Position numbers and translations under genes: made by a program. From sequence record SRR31156797_2845: a stretch of 32,190 bases of DNA; one strand, written 5' to 3'. This document shows positions 19,700 through 30,135 of this stretch, piece after piece (position 1 is the stretch's first letter; the number at the start of each line of letters is the position of its first letter). Under the pieces are notes generated by a model. The model searched no databases. It had not been told where the DNA came from and saw only the letters and a list, made by a program, of their open reading frames with translations.

Positions 19700-20572
19700 T
19701 TAATACAAGGATCTGGATTCCAATCTTAGGTATTTATTTACGGCAAATAGAGTAGAAATCCAGGTGATGAATAATCCCAGAAGAATAATTAGTAAAAACA
19801 GTACACCAATCATTTCTACATTGCTAAAATTAATTACTTGTCGCAATTCTTTTTGTGAGAAGTAAATTACAGCAGATAACATAGCGTTGGCGATTAAAGC
19901 TCCTAAAATCCCATGTAGAAAGCTTGTTCCCATGAATGGTTTTCGAATAAAAGAGCGAGTTGCACCAACCAATTGCATTGTATTAATGATAAAACGCTGT
20001 GAATAAATCGAAAGTCGAATGGTGTTGTTAATTAATGTAAAAGAGATAATAAAAAGCAATCCACTAAATGCAAGAATGATAAAACTAATGCGTTTTACAT
20101 TATCGTTTACAAGGTGTACTAATGATTTTTGGTAATATACTTCTTGTACCTGAGCATATTTCGTGAAATCTTTTTCAATAACTGCGATGCTATCAGGATT
20201 GGCATATTCCGCGTATAATTTAACGTCGATAGTTGCTTGCAGCGGATTGTAACCTAAAAAGGAAAGGAAATCTTCGCCCAATTCTTTTTGAAGCTCCTTG
20301 GCAGCAGTTTCCTTATCAACAAACTCAGTAGCTTTTACAAATTCGGTTGCGTCTAAGGTTTTTTGCAGTCGCCTGATTTCAACTTCCTTAACGTTATCTT
20401 TTAAAATGATAGAGACACCAATGTTCTCTTTTACGTAATTCGACAGTTGATTTGCATTCAGAATTAACAATCCCATTAATCCTAACATGAAAAGAACCAA
20501 TGAAATACTGATAACCGATGTAATGTATGAGGAACGAAGTCTTCGTTTTGTACCTTTTTCTTTGTATGCCAT
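19700..20572 (-). CDS. ftsX: Cell division permease FtsX
   Basis: 4 TM, NPL motif, INNTIRLSIY...MQLVGAT..FIRKPF. Confidence 0.95.
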   Translation of the reverse strand: MAYKEKGTKRRLRSSYITSVISISLVLFMLGLMGLLILNANQLSNYVKENIGVSIILKDNVKEVEIRRLQKTLDATEFVKATEFVDKETAAKELQKELGEDFLSFLGYNPLQATIDVKLYAEYANPDSIAVIEKDFTKYAQVQEVYYQKSLVHLVNDNVKRISFIILAFSGLLFIISFTLINNTIRLSIYSQRFIINTMQLVGATRSFIRKPFMGTSFLHGILGALIANAMLSAVIYFSQKELRQVINFSNVEMIGVLFLLIILLGLFITWISTLFAVNKYLRLESRSLY

Positions 20573-20765
20573 TTAGTAGCGTGTTTTAACTTGATAAGGA
20601 TTGGTCACATGCGAAAATACAATTTTTAAACAAAAAAGGAATGATTATCAAGTTTGAATTGGTTTATGATTTGAAATCAGACTTATAAAAATCGGCAATT
20701 GTCAAATCAATGCCTCATTTTTGTTAAATTTGTTTTGAATTCACCACTAAACACAAAAAGATACA

Positions 20766-22238
20766 TTGGGAATCATTCGTCAACAAACCATAAAAGGATC
20801 GGTAGTATCCTATATTGGAGCCATTCTTGGATTTATCAACACAGGAATACTTTTTCCACGTTTTTTAGAAGCGGATCAGATTGGATTGATCAACTGGATA
20901 GGACCAATGGCGGCTATTGTGGCTCAATTTTCTTCTTTGGGATTCAATAATGTTACGGCGCGTTTATTCCCTTATTTTCGAAATGAAAATCGAAATCATA
21001 ATGGCTACCTGTTTATTTTGTTTTGGGTGGGAATGGCAGGCTTTGCCTTGGCATTAATCAGTTATTTTGCACTGCATCCCTTTGCTGTTGATGCTTATCA
21101 AGATGAATCGCCTCTCTATTTGGATTATTTGGTATATCTGATTCCTCTGGTATTTTTCACCATATTCTTCAATCTATTTGACGCTTACAATCGGGTTTTA
21201 TACGACGCAGTTTCGGGAACTTTTTTTAGAGATATCGTATTCAAAGTCCTTAACCTTACCATCATTTTCTTGTTCGCGCTGAATGTATTGAATTTTTCAG
21301 ACTTTGTTCTTTTGTATGTAATAGCCTATTGTTTGCCAACTTTATTGCTATTTCTATTGCTTTGGTATAGAGGGAAAATATCATTTGCCTCCAATTTAAA
21401 ATTTGTTCGACCAACGCTTCGGAAATCGATGATAAGTGTTTCTCTTTATGGGATTTTAAATGGCTTGAGCGACAAGTTGGCAAATCATATCGATAAAGTA
21501 ATGATTGTTAGCTATGTTGGATTGGGCGCTAATGGTATATATGCAACCATGGCTAACTTTGGCGTATTGGTTTCTATGCCATCACGAACTTTAAGAAAAA
21601 TTGCCAGTACTGTAATTGCCGAGGCTTGGAAAAAGAAAGATTTAAAGACCATTGCTCAAATCTACACACAAAGTGGTTTGCATCAATTCATGGCTGGATG
21701 CCTTTTGTTTATTGGTATTTGGGCGAATATTGATAATGTAATAGAAATAGTAACTGATAGATTTATAGATGGTAAATATGTGATCTTTTTTATTGGAATT
21801 GGACATGTAATACAAATGGCATCAGGAGTTAGTGGAGTGATTCTTCAATCGTCTCCTTACTACAAAATGCAAGCTGTTTTTATGGCGATTTATGGTGTTT
21901 TGGTCATTCTTACCAACCTGATCATGATTCCTATTTGGGGAATAAATGGTGCTGCAATTGCTTCGGTATCTGCCACTCTGGTATTTAATCTGTTAAAATA
22001 TCTGTTTTTGTATAAGAAATACAAATTTCAACCTTTTACCTACAAATACCTTTTGGTGATATTGGTTGCCATAGGCTCTTACTATACAGGAAACATTCTA
22101 CCAAAGCAAGATTGGTTTATTTTGGATATCATTTTTAGATCTGCTATTGTTGGTGGTGTGTATCTGGTTTTAATCTTTGCATTTAAGATCTCAACAGATT
22201 TTAACCAATTCATAAAAAAGACAGTTGGATTAAAATAA
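20766..22238 (+). CDS. Wzx/MATE-like polysaccharide flippase
   Basis: About 12-14 hydrophobic segments, IDKVMI..GANGIY, WGINGAA; TTG start. Confidence 0.85.
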   Translation: MGIIRQQTIKGSVVSYIGAILGFINTGILFPRFLEADQIGLINWIGPMAAIVAQFSSLGFNNVTARLFPYFRNENRNHNGYLFILFWVGMAGFALALISYFALHPFAVDAYQDESPLYLDYLVYLIPLVFFTIFFNLFDAYNRVLYDAVSGTFFRDIVFKVLNLTIIFLFALNVLNFSDFVLLYVIAYCLPTLLLFLLLWYRGKISFASNLKFVRPTLRKSMISVSLYGILNGLSDKLANHIDKVMIVSYVGLGANGIYATMANFGVLVSMPSRTLRKIASTVIAEAWKKKDLKTIAQIYTQSGLHQFMAGCLLFIGIWANIDNVIEIVTDRFIDGKYVIFFIGIGHVIQMASGVSGVILQSSPYYKMQAVFMAIYGVLVILTNLIMIPIWGINGAAIASVSATLVFNLLKYLFLYKKYKFQPFTYKYLLVILVAIGSYYTGNILPKQDWFILDIIFRSAIVGGVYLVLIFAFKISTDFNQFIKKTVGLK

Positions 22239-22247
22239 ACAAAAGGA

Positions 22248-23129
22248 TTAATGAAGTATTTCGTGCTCTTGTTTTTTTAGTTTCCATCTTTTGTGGCTCC
22301 ATAGCCAGTCTTCTGGTTTGTTACGAATTTGCTCCTCAAGTAATTTTGTGTGTTGTTTTGTGATACTGCCATATTCAGCATCGCGTGGATTTTCTTCAAT
22401 AATTTTTAATTCCACGTCGTAATGTCCACGTTTTGTTCGGGTGATATAAAGAAATACAACTGCGTAGTCGTAATCCACAGCATACTTTTCGGTACCGAAC
22501 ATTACTGCAGTGTCCTGATTCAAAAACTTTGTCCAGAAGAGGTTTTTCTTTTTCCGGTTTGGAGATTGATCACAACCAAATCCAACCAAATAGCCTTTGT
22601 CTTTCTTTTGTTCTAAAAATTCTTTTGTAGCACGCTTTGGAACCAATTGCAATCCAGATTTTGATCTGGTTTTTCTAAATTTTTTATCGAAAAACTTATT
22701 AGAAAGTGGCTTGTATATGGCGCTTGTTTTGTGTTTTAATGATCCGGCAAGCCCGGTAGCTACCATTTCCCAATTGCTGTAATGACCAAAGGCTAGTACG
22801 ATACTTTTTTTCTTTTCAAATAGATGATCAAGAGCTCCGGGATTCACTATCCTACATCTCTTTTCAGCTTCCTTAGCACTCATGCTAAAACATTTTATGC
22901 TTTCAACTATAAAGTCGCTGAAAAAGCGATTAAAATCCTTGGCAATTTTGAGGTGTTCTTTACGATCTTTTTCAGGAAACGATCTTTCAATATTGCTTAA
23001 GATTAATTTCTTGCGATATCTAAGAACATAGTGATTTAAAACAAATAAAAGATCTGCAATTAGATACAATACTCCAAGTGGAAGTAAAGAAAGAGGTTTT
23101 AGAAACAGGTAATAGAGTACTCGTGTCAT
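22248..23129 (-). CDS. Lipid A lauroyl/palmitoleoyl (LpxL/HtrB) family acyltransferase
   Basis: GHYSNWE, DQSP, PEDWLWSHKRWK. Confidence 0.9.
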   Translation of the reverse strand: MTRVLYYLFLKPLSLLPLGVLYLIADLLFVLNHYVLRYRKKLILSNIERSFPEKDRKEHLKIAKDFNRFFSDFIVESIKCFSMSAKEAEKRCRIVNPGALDHLFEKKKSIVLAFGHYSNWEMVATGLAGSLKHKTSAIYKPLSNKFFDKKFRKTRSKSGLQLVPKRATKEFLEQKKDKGYLVGFGCDQSPNRKKKNLFWTKFLNQDTAVMFGTEKYAVDYDYAVVFLYITRTKRGHYDVELKIIEENPRDAEYGSITKQHTKLLEEQIRNKPEDWLWSHKRWKLKKQEHEILH

Positions 23130-23234
23130 GTGGGGCGATTAGTGGTTCGCCACAAATATACAAGCATACTTGTAAAAACAAGATTTACGCTAAAATCTAT
23201 TTTAATTTTAAATTAGAAAATGTCGTTAATGGAA

Positions 23235-23624
23235 TCAGTCTTTAATGATTTCAATAATTTCAGTGGTCGAGATAGAAGGAGTTCTTTCCAAATAAACAAC
23301 TTCGCAAAGTGATTTGAATTCATCAAATCTACCTTCCCAGTCGTTTCCCATTACCAAAACATCCGCATTGAATTGTTTGATATAATCGCCCTTCAATTCC
23401 AAAGATTCTTCATAAAACACTTCATCAACCACTTTTAATGATTCAATGATTCGCATTCTATCTTTTTCGGAATAGATAGGATTTTTCTGTTTTTTGGAGA
23501 AGTTTAAAGCATCGGTTGAGATGCCAACAATTAAGTAATCACCTTCAGCTCTGGCACGTTCCAGAATTCGTAAATGTCCGATGTGAAATAAATCAAATGT
23601 GCCAAAAGTAATTACTCGTTTCAT
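23235..23624 (-). CDS. tagD: Glycerol-3-phosphate cytidylyltransferase (TagD-like)
   Basis: TFGTFDLFHIGH, MGNDW, RTPSISTT; ATG at 23624. Confidence 0.85.
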   Translation of the reverse strand: MKRVITFGTFDLFHIGHLRILERARAEGDYLIVGISTDALNFSKKQKNPIYSEKDRMRIIESLKVVDEVFYEESLELKGDYIKQFNADVLVMGNDWEGRFDEFKSLCEVVYLERTPSISTTEIIEIIKD

Positions 23625-23726
23625 GTGTTTAAGTTTATTTTTCAATGGTCACAATGGAACTCACAAATAAATTTAATCATCCTCAATGTGTCAATTTGGA
23701 TAATTAAATTTGCATGCTCGTTTCAT
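23618..23726 (-). ncRNA. Putative structured 5' leader, copy 1 (upstream of tagD)
   Basis: High similarity to 30129-30240; stem 23669-23682/23698-23711. Confidence 0.55.
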
Positions 23727-23735
23727 ATTCTTTTT

Positions 23736-24971
23736 TTATTGGTTCTTGCGAAGATAATGTTCTTGAATGAAATTAAAAATTCTCTGAGAACTGTTCGCAT
23801 CAATATTGTCGTACGATTTCTCGATTATTTCACCTCTTTTTTCTTTAAATTGATCTTCATCATTAAAAGTAGACAAGAGATCTTCCTCTAATTTGTTTTG
23901 ATCGGTAGAAATTGGTCCAACTATAAAATCGTTAAAGAAGGTATGTAACTCGCGATCCTTAGTCTCATACTTTTCTCTATCGTACAAAAGGAAGAAAATT
24001 GGGCGATTCAGTAGAATGTAATCCATATAGATGGATGAATAATCGCTGATCATGGCGTCAACTTCAGGAAGAAAAGGATACACATCCTTCACATTATCAT
24101 ACCATAAAATTCTTTCAAATTCACCTGATATGGATTTGTATTGAGGCAGTGGATGCAATTTGAAAACAAAAACCAGATCATGCTCTAAGGCAAATTGATT
24201 CATTCTTTCCAAATCCAAAATTCTATCAGAAATTCCATCACCACCGGTATCACGAAAAGTGGGAGCGTAAAGAATGGATTTAGTACCATTCTTGCGCATT
24301 TTGGCAACTTTATTAATTGTCTCTACATCTGAATTAATCAGTGCATTCTTGTATTTTTTTGGATCAACAATTACATCGTTTCTTGGATATCCGGTATCGA
24401 TAAAATGATCCGAAAGAAAAGCTGGCTTAAAAAACTCTTTGGTAAAGAAAGCTCCCGTTGAAATCAGTGCCTGATACTTCGGCAATTTTCCTACGAAATT
24501 CAGAATGAATCGACGGTACAAAGAGCTGGTTTCCTGAATAAAAAACTTATTGCTTCTCTGTATTTTTTTAAATCCGATTCCGTGCCAAATCTGAATGATT
24601 TTAGCTCTCCAGAACAACTGAAAACGACAATTGTCCATCCACGAAAAATTATCAACAACAAACACTCTACTTCGTAGCATAATCCAATATGCTTTAGCCG
24701 TAGGGTAATAGAGAATATTGCTGTATTCAGCTTTTAAAGTTTCGTAAGTTTCTTTGTTTGCCGTAAGTAGGTAGAATTCCTGATCCTTTTTTTCTTCTGC
24801 CAGGTAAAGAAAAAAGAACTTCACATTATCAATGAAGAAACCATCTTTTGCGCCCATAAGTACCATCAAATTCTTTTTTTTAGGAATCAGATAGGTAAGT
24901 GGAACAATAAAGATCCAACCCAAAAGAGTTGTAAGAAAAATTACCGGCTTAGAGTATTTATTTAGGTTCAT
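23736..24971 (-). CDS. CDP-glycerol glycerophosphotransferase (TagB/TagF family)
   Basis: QIWHG, GYPRND, YAPTFRD, KLHP, ISDYSS. Confidence 0.9.
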   Translation of the reverse strand: MNLNKYSKPVIFLTTLLGWIFIVPLTYLIPKKKNLMVLMGAKDGFFIDNVKFFFLYLAEEKKDQEFYLLTANKETYETLKAEYSNILYYPTAKAYWIMLRSRVFVVDNFSWMDNCRFQLFWRAKIIQIWHGIGFKKIQRSNKFFIQETSSLYRRFILNFVGKLPKYQALISTGAFFTKEFFKPAFLSDHFIDTGYPRNDVIVDPKKYKNALINSDVETINKVAKMRKNGTKSILYAPTFRDTGGDGISDRILDLERMNQFALEHDLVFVFKLHPLPQYKSISGEFERILWYDNVKDVYPFLPEVDAMISDYSSIYMDYILLNRPIFFLLYDREKYETKDRELHTFFNDFIVGPISTDQNKLEEDLLSTFNDEDQFKEKRGEIIEKSYDNIDANSSQRIFNFIQEHYLRKNQ

Positions 24972-26195
24972 TTAATTCAATTTTCGGATTTCATTGTACA
25001 CTCTTTCGCAACTATAGGCATCCTGATGGGTGTGGTACAGATCTCTTATTTTTTTGCGCCACTTTGCATGAGTCTGTGGTTGTTCAAAATACCTGCTTAA
25101 ATGGGTGATAAACTCTTTTTGCGTACTTGGTTTTGCACCTGGAGTATTAGCCTCGAAATCGATAAAAAAGCCTTTGTATTGGCTGTATTCTTCCAAATCG
25201 TATGGCAAATACACAATAGGTCTATCCATTAGCAAATAATCAATCCAAAGCGAAGAATAATCCGTTACCAAAATATCTACGTAAGGCAACAATTGATACA
25301 CATCTTCAAATCTATCCTGATCGGCTTTAATTACTCTATCTATGGAGAAAAAGTCGTGTGTTTTTTCAACAGTTTTTCTTTTGATATCTTCTTTGTGACC
25401 ACGAACTAAAATGTAGGCATCCTCTTTTTCCAAATATTTAGAAAGTTGATCCGCATCAAAATCCTCAAAAGGGAAGAAGTGAGTCTTGTGTCCTTCCTCG
25501 CGCCAGGTTGGAGCATAAAGAATAATCTTTCGATCTAGAAATGGATTTTTTAGAAGCAAGTCAGTATTCAAATTGAACTCTTTCAACAAATAATCGTTAC
25601 GAGGCAATCCGCTTACCCAAACATTATCCATATCGATATTAAAACCAGCCGCGTGAATAATCTGTTCAAGAGGTGAACTACCTGCCATGTAAGAGTATTT
25701 TTGCAATTGTTTTTCTTTGCCATATTTTCTCCAAACCGGAGTTTGTAAACCCATTTTTTTCATTGGAGTTCCATGTCCCAGGTAGATGATATTTTTGAAT
25801 TTTTCGTGCAAGTAATAAGGTGCAAAAGCAGCTGCGCTTATTCCGTAGGATATGATTACATGTTTCGATCGAAGAAACAGAAAGAATCCTTTTAACGAGT
25901 GTGCATAAACCACTTCTCCTGGAAAAGTTTCCTGTAATTTTCGATATAAGTTCTTATTTGGAGTGAATAGAATGCTATTAAAATCGTTCTTTTCGCGCAT
26001 GTATTCGAATTGGTATTTCGAATTGTCGAAAAAGAACTTCTCTGTGAGAAAAAACAATGCAATGCGTTTGTTCTTGCGTACTATTAATTCCAGAAAGAAA
26101 TAGAACCACCGCATGATAAACAAACTAATGTGCAAAAGAACAATCTTCTGCATAAAGTTGACAAATTGTTGTCTTCTTGAATAAGCTCTACTCAT
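24972..26195 (-). CDS. CDP-glycerol glycerophosphotransferase (TagB/TagF family)
   Basis: LGHGTPMKK, GLPRND, YAPTWRE, VTDYSS. Confidence 0.9.
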   Translation of the reverse strand: MSRAYSRRQQFVNFMQKIVLLHISLFIMRWFYFFLELIVRKNKRIALFFLTEKFFFDNSKYQFEYMREKNDFNSILFTPNKNLYRKLQETFPGEVVYAHSLKGFFLFLRSKHVIISYGISAAAFAPYYLHEKFKNIIYLGHGTPMKKMGLQTPVWRKYGKEKQLQKYSYMAGSSPLEQIIHAAGFNIDMDNVWVSGLPRNDYLLKEFNLNTDLLLKNPFLDRKIILYAPTWREEGHKTHFFPFEDFDADQLSKYLEKEDAYILVRGHKEDIKRKTVEKTHDFFSIDRVIKADQDRFEDVYQLLPYVDILVTDYSSLWIDYLLMDRPIVYLPYDLEEYSQYKGFFIDFEANTPGAKPSTQKEFITHLSRYFEQPQTHAKWRKKIRDLYHTHQDAYSCERVYNEIRKLN

Positions 26196-28797
26196 TTTCC
26201 TTCTTCAATTTTAATGCTCCAAAAACAACTCCTCCAGCTAGTAATACAAAGAAAAGTATCATACTTGCCAAAGAAATTTTCTCACCTGTGAAATATCCTT
26301 TTGGTTCAAATTTGAACTCAATTTGGTGTTTCCCTGAAGGTAGCTTCATTCCGCGTAACACGTAGTTCGCTCTGAAATGATTGGCTGGTTTTCCATCGAT
26401 ATAGGCATTCCATCCTGGCTGATAATACATCTCAGAGAAGATAGCCAATTGTTCTGATTTAGCCTGGTAATTGTAAGTAATGCTATTTGGAGAATACTTT
26501 GCCATTTGAATCCCTGCAGTTGAATCTGTAACAATATTCAATCCATTTAGTTGATCTTCGAAACGCTTATCAACGATAGCTTCTTTAGCAGGATCAATGG
26601 CATTCAGAATCATGATTTCTTCATTGGCATCCTTCACAATTTTGTAGGAATCTACCAACCAGGCATTACCTAAAGCATCAGGATTGATAGCAGCTTGCAT
26701 GCCTTTTTCCCCTTGAGTGATTACATATCGGGTGTTTAGCATGTTCAGAACCTTACGGTTTCCTTTTTCGATATGGTAATCGTACAATTCCTGAATGCGA
26801 CGCAACTTGGCACCATGATAACCACCAATTGATTTGTGGAAATAAGATGTTCGTGCACTTTGGAAAGGAGAGCCTGCCTGCTCGAAAACTCTGTAGTTGG
26901 TATTGTAGGTAATTGCCCACAATTGAGCAGCAACTTTTTCGTAATCGCTAGCTTTTCTATTCTTGCGAGTATATTCAGCTAATGCTTGATTGGCTACAGC
27001 TTGTAATTCAGGATGATTTCTCAATTCGGTTTGCAGGATCTGGTAATCTGCCATATTTGGCATGTAAGCCAGGTTTAAATCTTTTTTCTCTACAAAATTA
27101 TCGTTGGTAGTAAAACGCTTGTTAACCGGATAAAGATCAACAATAACTAAAAGAATAATTGCCGGGATAAAGAATTTTGTTTTCAGATACCCCTTCGAAA
27201 AGGCAAATAAACACGCTAAACCTAAACCAATGAATAGCAAACTTCTTAACGCATCCGCTTTAAAAATATCAATACGGGCATCTACTAAATCATTCTGTAT
27301 TTCTGATATAAATGCCAAAGCATTAGGATTCGATGATTTTATTTGAGCAAAGTAGTTTTGCTCCATATCACTAAGGAAATCGAGTCCCATTGTAGGCATT
27401 ACATAAAGAAGTAAAGCTACTCCTCCGGTTAATACAAATGGCAACACAAGTACATTTACTTTGTATGAGGAGATGGCTATTTTTCTTTTTAGAACTTCTG
27501 GCTCATCGATGATTTTCTTCAAAGCTAAAATCGCTAATAATGGAACACAAAGCTCTACGATGATTAGGATAGATGATACAGCTCTAAATTTGTTGTAAAG
27601 AGGAACGTAATCGAAAAAGATACCAGTAAGTGCCTGGAAATTGTGCCCCCAGGAGAGCATGATTGCCAATATGGTTGCTGTCAACAATCCCCATTTCAAT
27701 CGTCCGCCAACAATAAAGATTCCCAATACAAACAAGAACATGATAAATGCACCAAGATATACAGGACCAACAGTAAATGGTTGATTTCCCCAATAATGAT
27801 GGTTATCAACCTGCTCCATATCGTAATAATCCGATACTTTCTGAATTTGACCGCCGTTTATGTAGTTCAAAATCTGCATTCCTTCCTGAGGTGATCCGCC
27901 ACCACCTTTTACATTCGGAATTAAAAGACTTAAAGTCTCCTGAATACCATAACTCCACTGCGTACCATAGTCTTTATCAACACCACCGGTTTTATTGTCT
28001 TTATTACCAAGTGTTAGTTCCGATTTGCCACGAATGGTGGATTTTGTATAATCGTAGGAGTTATATAGGTTGGTAAAGTTTACACCCAAGGCAATTACTG
28101 ATGCAATTGCAAGTACACCAATGGCTTTGAAAAAGTGTTTCAGGTTCTTCTCCTTCAATTGGTGATAGAATTCGAATATCAGGATACAGAAAACCATGAT
28201 CACAAAATAATAGGTCATCTGAATGTGATTGGCATACAATTCCATGATCAGGAAGAAACCTGCAATCAATCCACCCAAGAGATATTTTCCCCTGAAAACT
28301 AGTAATATCCCCGCAAGGGCAGGAGGGATGAACGCCAGTGCATTCACTTTCCAGAGGTGACCGGCACCAATAATAATAATGAAATAGGTAGAAAAGGCAT
28401 AGGCTACGGCTCCTGCAATAGAGAGCCATGGATTCACCCTTAAGCTGATCAGAAGAATATAAAAACCAATCATGTATAAAATCAGGAACTTTACTGGATC
28501 AGGAGTATAAAGCTCCATCATCTGTTTGAATGTATACATGTCTTTTGCACGATAATCCACATTGATGTGATAGGATGGCATTCCACCAAACATGGAGTTG
28601 GTCCAAAGTGCATCTTCACCGGTTTGATTACGGTAATCAACAATTTCTTTTTTGGCACCCCAGGCATTTATAGAATCACCTTTTTTATAGACTTTCCCTT
28701 CCAAAGCTGGCTGGAAATAAATGAATCCTATGATTAAAAAGATGATGATAGAGACCAGGTGTGGTAATGCTGATTTAAATATCGACTTAAAGTTCAT
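26188..28797 (-). CDS. YfhO-family polytopic membrane protein (GT-C-like)
   Basis: LWTNSMFGGMP, ANHIQMTYY, YWGNQPFT, SIGGYHGAK, FSEMYY..GW..YIDG; ATG at 28797. Confidence 0.85.
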   Translation of the reverse strand: MNFKSIFKSALPHLVSIIIFLIIGFIYFQPALEGKVYKKGDSINAWGAKKEIVDYRNQTGEDALWTNSMFGGMPSYHINVDYRAKDMYTFKQMMELYTPDPVKFLILYMIGFYILLISLRVNPWLSIAGAVAYAFSTYFIIIIGAGHLWKVNALAFIPPALAGILLVFRGKYLLGGLIAGFFLIMELYANHIQMTYYFVIMVFCILIFEFYHQLKEKNLKHFFKAIGVLAIASVIALGVNFTNLYNSYDYTKSTIRGKSELTLGNKDNKTGGVDKDYGTQWSYGIQETLSLLIPNVKGGGGSPQEGMQILNYINGGQIQKVSDYYDMEQVDNHHYWGNQPFTVGPVYLGAFIMFLFVLGIFIVGGRLKWGLLTATILAIMLSWGHNFQALTGIFFDYVPLYNKFRAVSSILIIVELCVPLLAILALKKIIDEPEVLKRKIAISSYKVNVLVLPFVLTGGVALLLYVMPTMGLDFLSDMEQNYFAQIKSSNPNALAFISEIQNDLVDARIDIFKADALRSLLFIGLGLACLFAFSKGYLKTKFFIPAIILLVIVDLYPVNKRFTTNDNFVEKKDLNLAYMPNMADYQILQTELRNHPELQAVANQALAEYTRKNRKASDYEKVAAQLWAITYNTNYRVFEQAGSPFQSARTSYFHKSIGGYHGAKLRRIQELYDYHIEKGNRKVLNMLNTRYVITQGEKGMQAAINPDALGNAWLVDSYKIVKDANEEIMILNAIDPAKEAIVDKRFEDQLNGLNIVTDSTAGIQMAKYSPNSITYNYQAKSEQLAIFSEMYYQPGWNAYIDGKPANHFRANYVLRGMKLPSGKHQIEFKFEPKGYFTGEKISLASMILFFVLLAGGVVFGALKLKKENE

Positions 28798-28902
28798 TAT
28801 CGTGTGTGTTTTTGCAGATTCTATTTTAAAGCCCCTAAAATACAAAAAGCACAGAACAAAATTGCCCTGTGCTTCACTTAATATTTTCTATTGTGGTTTT
28901 GC

Positions 28903-30135
28903 TTATTTCTCCATAAACGGTTTCACGTTCAGCATTCCACTATATGTTTCGATTGTATATTTATCTAACCAATTGTAGAACTCTTCAATTTCTTTTTTAT
29001 CAGCTTTAGCTGAGCGCCATTTCTGTTGATGAATTTCTGTGTTTTTGAAAAGTTTCTCTTCAGCCAATTCCAATTTTTGAATGATACCGGTTTTTTCAGC
29101 ATTAATCAATTCCGAAACTTTCAAATACTTGTATCCAGCCGAACGACTAATAGGATAGCACTTGCTTTTTAACTCCATCGACATGGCATTCAGTGGGCAG
29201 TTTTCTTTTCCTTCAGCCAATAATACTTTAGGAAGATTTTTGCCACCTCTTACCCAAACAGGCAATGCGATGGATGTATTTGGAAAACCAACCTGAGTCC
29301 AGATGGTTGCCATATCCTTGGCTTCGCCTTCTTTAACTCCTTCAATCATGATCATTGATGAAGAACCGTGACGAGTAATTAAATCACCAGAATTCACAAA
29401 GTTTTCGCCATAAGGAACTGTTTCGAACTCTTTTCTGAAATCACGTTTTAAAACAGGATGTTTCAAACATCTCGAGAAGTTTTGGATTACGGTTTTGGCG
29501 CTCATATCGCCACAAGCATCAGCCTGGTAAAAGATATCCTGAGCAGTTTGGAAACGGATAAATCCATAGCCAATATCTTTTTTACCAGTAAACGAGTAGT
29601 TGGTTCTTAGAATATAACCATTAGGAGCTTGAGCCGGATCGTTGGCATCAAACTTGGTAAAGGTTTGGTTGTTTACCTCGTAGAAAGCAACATTACCATC
29701 GGCATCTAACACGCCAAAGTGTGCCGCTAAACCCATTGGTTTTGGAGTATCTTTCATTAATTGCTCAAATTCTTCCAGGTTGGCACATTTTTGCAATGCC
29801 AATTTCATAAACTTCCCTTCCTGATCTTTCAAAGAAGTAGTGTCCTTCATATTCACATTAAAAGAAGCAGAATTCATGATGGCGAATCCCATTGAGTTGG
29901 AACCACCCCAAACGTTTTCCCCTTTTTCATCCTTGGAATTGATCAAGCCAATGTATGGATATTTTCCATCTGTGAAATACATCATCTTGTTTTCGAAGCT
30001 TTCAGTATCGCGAAGCTTCCAAATCATAGGACGACCATCTTTGGTGTATTTGCCAGAAATTACGGCAGTTGTACAAGCATCAGCTTGCCATACGCTTACT
30101 ACTACAAGTAGTAATAGAGTTAAGAGTTGTTTCAT
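28903..30135 (-). CDS. Secreted Ntn-hydrolase (C45/C69-like, N-terminal nucleophile Cys)
   Basis: Signal peptide then ADA|CTTAVISGKYTKDGRPMIWKLRD; RTNYS motif. Confidence 0.75.
   Translation of the reverse strand: MKQLLTLLLLVVVSVWQADACTTAVISGKYTKDGRPMIWKLRDTESFENKMMYFTDGKYPYIGLINSKDEKGENVWGGSNSMGFAIMNSASFNVNMKDTTSLKDQEGKFMKLALQKCANLEEFEQLMKDTPKPMGLAAHFGVLDADGNVAFYEVNNQTFTKFDANDPAQAPNGYILRTNYSFTGKKDIGYGFIRFQTAQDIFYQADACGDMSAKTVIQNFSRCLKHPVLKRDFRKEFETVPYGENFVNSGDLITRHGSSSMIMIEGVKEGEAKDMATIWTQVGFPNTSIALPVWVRGGKNLPKVLLAEGKENCPLNAMSMELKSKCYPISRSAGYKYLKVSELINAEKTGIIQKLELAEEKLFKNTEIHQQKWRSAKADKKEIEEFYNWLDKYTIETYSGMLNVKPFMEK

Noticed and set aside
23618-23726. Integron attC site
   Set aside because: Ends ATGGAAC/GTTTCAT do not fit RYYYAAC/GTTRRRY; copies abut start codons; no integron integrase
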